DNA of 53,814 bases, the filler included, from Porpidia crustulata (taxonomy: Eukaryota): NCBI GenBank assembly GCA_964255105.1. It is 3 parts of 3 records of this genome, joined end to end, with 100 filler letters (N's around TTAATTAATTAA, not from the genome) between each part and the next. Parts side by side here need not be neighbours in the genome. Positions count along the whole stretch, not along the records: positions 35,956 to 53,814 come from CAXUWE010000203.1; 2 more parts are not named here. The stretch is one strand, 5' to 3'. Under the pieces are notes generated by a model. It was given only the letters and a program-made list of their open reading frames with translations, had not been told where the DNA came from and ran no database searches. Positions within the stretch are counted from its first letter, which is position 1; each line of letters opens with the position of its first letter. This document shows positions 48,685 through 53,814 of the stretch, piece after piece. Position numbers and translations under genes: made by a program.

Positions 48685-49691
48685 CATGGTATGCCTCTTT
48701 GATCATAACGATGGTTTTTTCTTTGGAAACACTGCGTTGAAGCCCCGGAGGCTGCCGTCCGCTGGCGATGTTTTGGAACGGAGTTATTTGATTGGAATGG
48801 CGAAGAAATTATGGCTTTGATCTTGGTTCTCAAAGAAAATTATATGAATGGATTGGCAAGGTCGGGTTTTTGGGGAAGACGTACTTTTCTGCTCTAGAAA
48901 GAAATATTTGAGTATTGGGAATGCTGGAACCAGATTTCTGGGTAGGGTGGCGTGCAAAGAACTGCTTATCCTGACAGCTGGCTTTAACCACTGTGCTAAG
49001 TCATCACTCGCTGTTGCATGTTTATTCTCGCGTTCGTCACTCGTTCACATCCGCAATATCTGGGCCGGTCCGGAAAGTGTCATTTTGGCTCCGGGCCAGC
49101 TACTACTAGCCTGTGGCAGCTCTGGGCTCCCTAGGCTCAATCACTCGCTCGGCATTGAGTTGAAATATGTTTAAAATACGATCTAGATCTCCCTTCTTGA
49201 AATCCTTCGTAGGCTCTCCCAGCGAGAGTCCTTGGGAGACAGTACGAGTATCAGGCAGTTCGCCTGTACAGCTACGGTGCTCTTACTTCGAATAAAACGA
49301 CACTCGATGAGAAATTGGTATTCATAATGAGGCAGCTCCGAGGCATGGTGCCGAGACGTCTTTCCCTTGACATCCCATATGACACCTCATGTTCTATAAT
49401 AGGCTCTTCCTGCTTGGGGATCTGGTCAGCCATCTGTCGTGACTGCACGAGGGTAATTATAGGCTGCTTCACATAGGGTCTACCAAAAGTCATTACAGTA
49501 CTTTCATAGCTGAGTCTCGCTTAAATGCTTCAGTTTCTTTTTTGAGGCCTGATGAGTGAACCTGGCGAATGACTAAGCGGGCCGTACTAAAACACCTAAA
49601 TTTTCCTCAACCGCGACCAAATCGGTGAAGTCGCTCTCCGAAAGACCGTTTCCCGGTCCCGCCCTCATCAGATCGAGGCCATCCATGTGTT

Positions 49692-52421
49692 ATGGACATT
49701 GACCCTAGACTTCGCGAGCCTTCGCACGGGGGATCGCAGTCGTACTCCACCCTACCACCACCAAGCTACCCACTCAATCCAATCAGACTGCCACCTCCTT
49801 CGCCGCAACAGCAGCAAAAACAGCAGCAAGCACAGCAACCGCAACAATCAGCCGGCTTACCCCAGTGGCCACAGGATGGAGGCCATCCATACTACTCGTA
49901 CCGACCTGATCAGCAACCTCACGGACTTCCTCACCCAGACCTTCAACCTCACCGAGACCCCTCATTCGGCTCATCGCAGCAAGGTGATGGTGGATACAGC
50001 GAGTCGAAGCGTCCACGCGCTTGCGAAGCATGTCGTGGACTAAAGGTCCGTTGCGAACCAGATCCCGTGAAGAGGACGTGCCGAAGATGCACCAAGGCAG
50101 GCAGGACGTGCGTGGTCACAGCACCTAGCCGCAAGAGACAAAAGAAAACTGACAGCAGAGTTGCTGAGCTAGAGAAAAAGATCGATGCCCTTACAGCCAG
50201 CCTACACGCAACAAAGGGCCAAGGCGTGAGCGACAGTGATGACAATGATAGCTATGATGAGGTAGAACAGCAGAACAATGACGCAACAGGAGCGGGTGCT
50301 GGGAGGAAGCGACGTGTATCCGAGTATCAACAAGACGTCAATACTCTTGAAGCCCGGATACCACCTGGTGGAAACAATTACATGGCCCCGCCGCTTTCGG
50401 GCATGCCTCCGGATAACCCGAATATCCACCCATTTCTCATGACTGAGAATGTGAGACCACCGCCACCACCTCCTTCAACGAGCTTCTCACCCGGGCTATC
50501 GCTCTCGAACAACGGATATGTCGATGTGGTCGATCGAAACGTTCTTGGTGCTTCTACTGCACTCGATATCCTTTCCCATTACATCGAGGACATGGCACCC
50601 AAAATGCCAATTGTAGTGTTCCCTGACCATACTGCTGCCGAGGACATCCGAAAGAGCACGCCCGTCATTTTTCTTGCTATTTTAAGTGTTGCATCTGGAC
50701 GAGATCATCCAGGACTCCAACTTATTCTTACCAAGGAGATTACACGGATGCTTGCTGATCGTATTGTTTGCAACGGCGAAAAGTCATTGGAGCTTATTCA
50801 GGCACTGCAGGTCTTGACGATTTGGTATTGGCCCGAGGATGACAAAGATACGAAACACTACCAACTGATACACATGGCCGCTATTATGGCAGTTGACTTG
50901 GGCATGGGAAATGCATTGCAGCCTAGTAAAAATGGTTCCTTTGCGCAGAGTTACGAACGCACGAAGGGCCCTTTGGTACGATATGATACCATTGAATGCA
51001 GAAGAGCGTGGCTGGGATGCTATTTGCTGTGTGCGAAGTAAGTGTCCCCTGACTTTCTATGCTGTACTTGCCACGTTTTCTATCTGTGGACTTGTGTGCC
51101 CAAAGTCTTCTGTTATGTCACATCTTTATCAAAACTTAAAGTACAATTGTCTAAAACAGCGCAGTGCCGCTGTGGGACTGAGAAAGCCCAACCTTATCCG
51201 ATGGGACTCATACCTGGACGAGTGCTTACATGCAATACTGGTTCCTCTGGGTTCTCCTTTAAACGCCCGAGCATCGGACAAGGTCTTATGCCAGTTTGTA
51301 GGACTGAAACGGAAAGCCGACGAATTTGGGCAAAAATCGTCCAAGGATGAGTTCGGGGTCATGGGCATATCTGACATTGATACTAAAACCCAAGATTTCT
51401 CACGTGAGTCTATTCAAAGAGATTGAGGAACAGCATTACCGCTGTGTAAAGGTCATGAGCGCAATACTGGAAGGCTGACGTTTCTGTAGTATCTTTGGCA
51501 CTAGAGTTCAACCATGTCAATCTGTCTCTGCACGAAATCGCTATCAATTTCGATGACGGTCGCGTTACTAGCAAAGGCCTTCATACTCAGAAAGGCCCGC
51601 ATAGCAGTGGAAAGAAGAGTTTAGAGGATGTAACGTCAGAAAACACGAATGCGCTGAGGATCTGTCATATATCAATCGATGGTATTCTCGGCTCCTTTTC
51701 GGCCTTTGCGCCTGAAGATATTCGATCAATTCCCAATTGGATATTTGCTCAAGTCGCCTATGCCAGTATCCTACTCATCAAATTGTATTTTGCAGCCTCC
51801 GCGCCCGAGTCGGACATGAAAAAGGATATTCCGTGCGACGATATGAACGTTGGGCAACGCATTACTACTATCATCGATCTGCTACGAGCTAGTGCTGAGG
51901 ATGGTAAATCTCGTCCAGCACACAACTTCTCCTTGGTAATGGCAATGCTGCATGTTTGGTATGAGAAACAGATCAATGATAGGGCCATTAGTTCTGGAGC
52001 GCCTGTGGCGGACGCACCTGAGCAGAAGCGACAGAATGATGACCTCCTGGGTCCTCCGACCGAACCAAAGCAGGAGGAAAATCACCAGCACTCTCGTGGC
52101 CCATCCACGATGGACCAGACGCCCTTGCACCTGCTCAGTGAGGTTGCCATGGGGAACTCAGGTTCAAGTGGCCACCAAATCCCGAACGGCGGCGATAGCA
52201 CTCATGACCTGAGCTTGGCGTTGGCAAGCCCTGGAAATGCACCCCAAGTGGATTCCCACTCACGATCAATGGTCGGCAACGGGCTCCGAAGAATGCATCC
52301 CGGCTTCATGCAAGCGCTCGGGATGACCCTAGCTACGGGGGATTTGAACAACATGGAGGATGACGGCTTCTTCGATCTCATGCAGAAAACATCAAACATG
52401 TTCGAGACCAACGGAGGATGA
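49692..52421 (+). CDS. Zn(II)2Cys6 transcription factor with fungal-specific TF middle domain, 3 exons
   Basis: ACEACRGLKVRCEPDPVKRTCRRCTKAGRTC; coiled coil RVAELEKKIDAL; KSLELIQAL; HMAAIMAVDLG; ECRRAWLGCY; LHLLSEVAMG. Confidence 0.93.
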
Positions 52422-53521
52422 GACCTGGACCTGTCGATGGGGCGGAAACCGAGCGAACACTTATTGCTTCCATTCTCGACGACTCTTTCAAATTGTACGA
52501 TCAGATTATCTAAAGCTATCATTTTCTCCAAAGATTTAGATTTCATCAATCTTCAATAGAGCACAATCTATAATTTACTCAACCTTTGCCTCATCCCAGG
52601 TATCTGCCTATGACCCGGTGATCCAGTAGATGAATGACTAAGCGCACCATGATCTATCAAGGTCATTCGTCCCTAACTATCCTCGGCACCGTCCGTTCCA
52701 CCTACCACAACCATGGATGGAGATCTGCTATTTGGAATTATTCCAACGCACTACTCGTACTCCTTGCTGCATGCATGCATGTTCCTGATGTTATCTGTTG
52801 CGCACCGGGAAACAGGATGCCAATGTTCTACAGGTTCAGCGTTTGGCTCAGCAATGGCACTTGTTCCTTCTGGCCTTTGGTGAGGAAGAATGGGCAAGTG
52901 GGCGGCTTTTAGTGGTACGACTATGACAGTGTACCACATCTCAGTCACCCGGCTGCTGGACTTTACGAATTTCGGCCTCAGCGTGCGACGAGACTATGGC
53001 ACGCGGATATCTTTCCATCTCGGTCTGGCGTGCAGCAACGACGCATCGGCACCATCTCTCGTGCATACCCTCGAAACCTTATGACGGAGGGAACGGGTAG
53101 GGGGAAAATCTGATAAATCTTTGATGAAGATCAATTCTGCATTCGCACCTCGGACAAGGATATTGGGCCCGTCTGACGTGTACGGAGGATAGGCAGTTGT
53201 CGAGAGACGGACGTTGATTATGTCGAATAGGTAATGCCAACTCCAATGGTCCAATCATGGCTTTCACGATGCCCAGCGGTTATCCTTTACCTGATCCCGT
53301 AGTGGGGTACACAGGTGGCGGGGTGAAAGAGTAATGAGGGGCCAGAACTCAGCGTTACTCTAGTCCGTGGCCGAATGCATACTATTTCAAATACTGGGGT
53401 CAAAAGGAAATATATTTATTTTATTTATATCTACTGTCGTCGCCTCTTCCCTTCTTCTCAACCAGCGCAATTCTCATCGATCGATCAGAAACTTCTCAAT
53501 CACCATTGATCAACAGCAAAC

Positions 53522-53814
53522 ATGACCAGCTACAACGGAAAATGCCATTGCGGCCAGACTGAGTGGACTGTCAAGCTTGATGAAGCTCAACATATCCTTT
53601 GGTAATTCGTCTATCCATCCCCGCAGATACTTCGGCCATGTAAATTTACACTTTAAATCACAGCCATTGCGATGCATGCAAACTCATCAGCGGCTGCGAG
53701 AATACCCTCAACACCATGGCCGAAGAGCAGGACTTCAAAATCACCAAAGGCTCGCTCAAAACCTACACCTACAAGGGCGACTCAGGTAAGCCCTCCACTC
53801 CCTCACCCCCAATC
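53522..53814 (+). CDS. GFA/CENP-V family zinc protein, partial (runs off window)
   Basis: MTSYNGKCHCG; spliced CHCDACK; ITKGSLKTYTYKGDSG followed by GTAAG donor. Confidence 0.88.

Noticed and set aside
47043..52421. LaeA-like methyltransferase and Zn2Cys6 TF as regulators of the left-hand cluster
   Set aside because: About 30 kb away, across two assembly gaps and many housekeeping genes; both families are abundant in fungal genomes
1..53814. CRISPR arrays, rRNA, tRNA or intact transposase genes
   Set aside because: No repeat-spacer arrays, RNA-gene signatures or transposase/RT motifs recognised; sequence is fungal nuclear DNA

Overview
Eukaryotic, intron-rich DNA from a filamentous ascomycete (GT-AG introns with CTRAC/CTAAC branch sites, fungal-specific gene families). 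Two artificial 100-nt scaffold linkers (44 N + TTAATTAATTAA + 44 N, at 17891-17990 and 35856-35955) split it into three contigs. Contig 1 (1-17890) is a compact 8-gene secondary-metabolism-like cluster: BBE-type FAD oxidase, tail-anchored sulfotransferase-like protein, two cytochrome P450s that both lack the I-helix Thr (one CYP7/CYP8-like), an Ayr1/17beta-HSD-like SDR, a PTH11-like membrane protein, an MFS exporter and a diverged ERG28 homologue. Six of these genes form three divergent pairs. No PKS/NRPS/terpene synthase is visible in the window. My best candidate for an undescribed system is a backbone-less, possibly Erg28-scaffolded, ER sterol/lipid-tailoring pathway; this is inference. The rest is mostly housekeeping: a secreted DUF7029/7223-like protein, a PlsC-family acyltransferase with a repeat tail, ISN1, an orphan repeat protein, NTE1, two BTB proteins, SOM1/FLO8-like, BET3, U5 snRNP 40K WD40, a 4-TM MARVEL-like protein, a LaeA-like methyltransferase, a Zn2Cys6 TF and a partial GFA gene. 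Gene models were spliced by eye and family calls come from motif recognition, not database searches.
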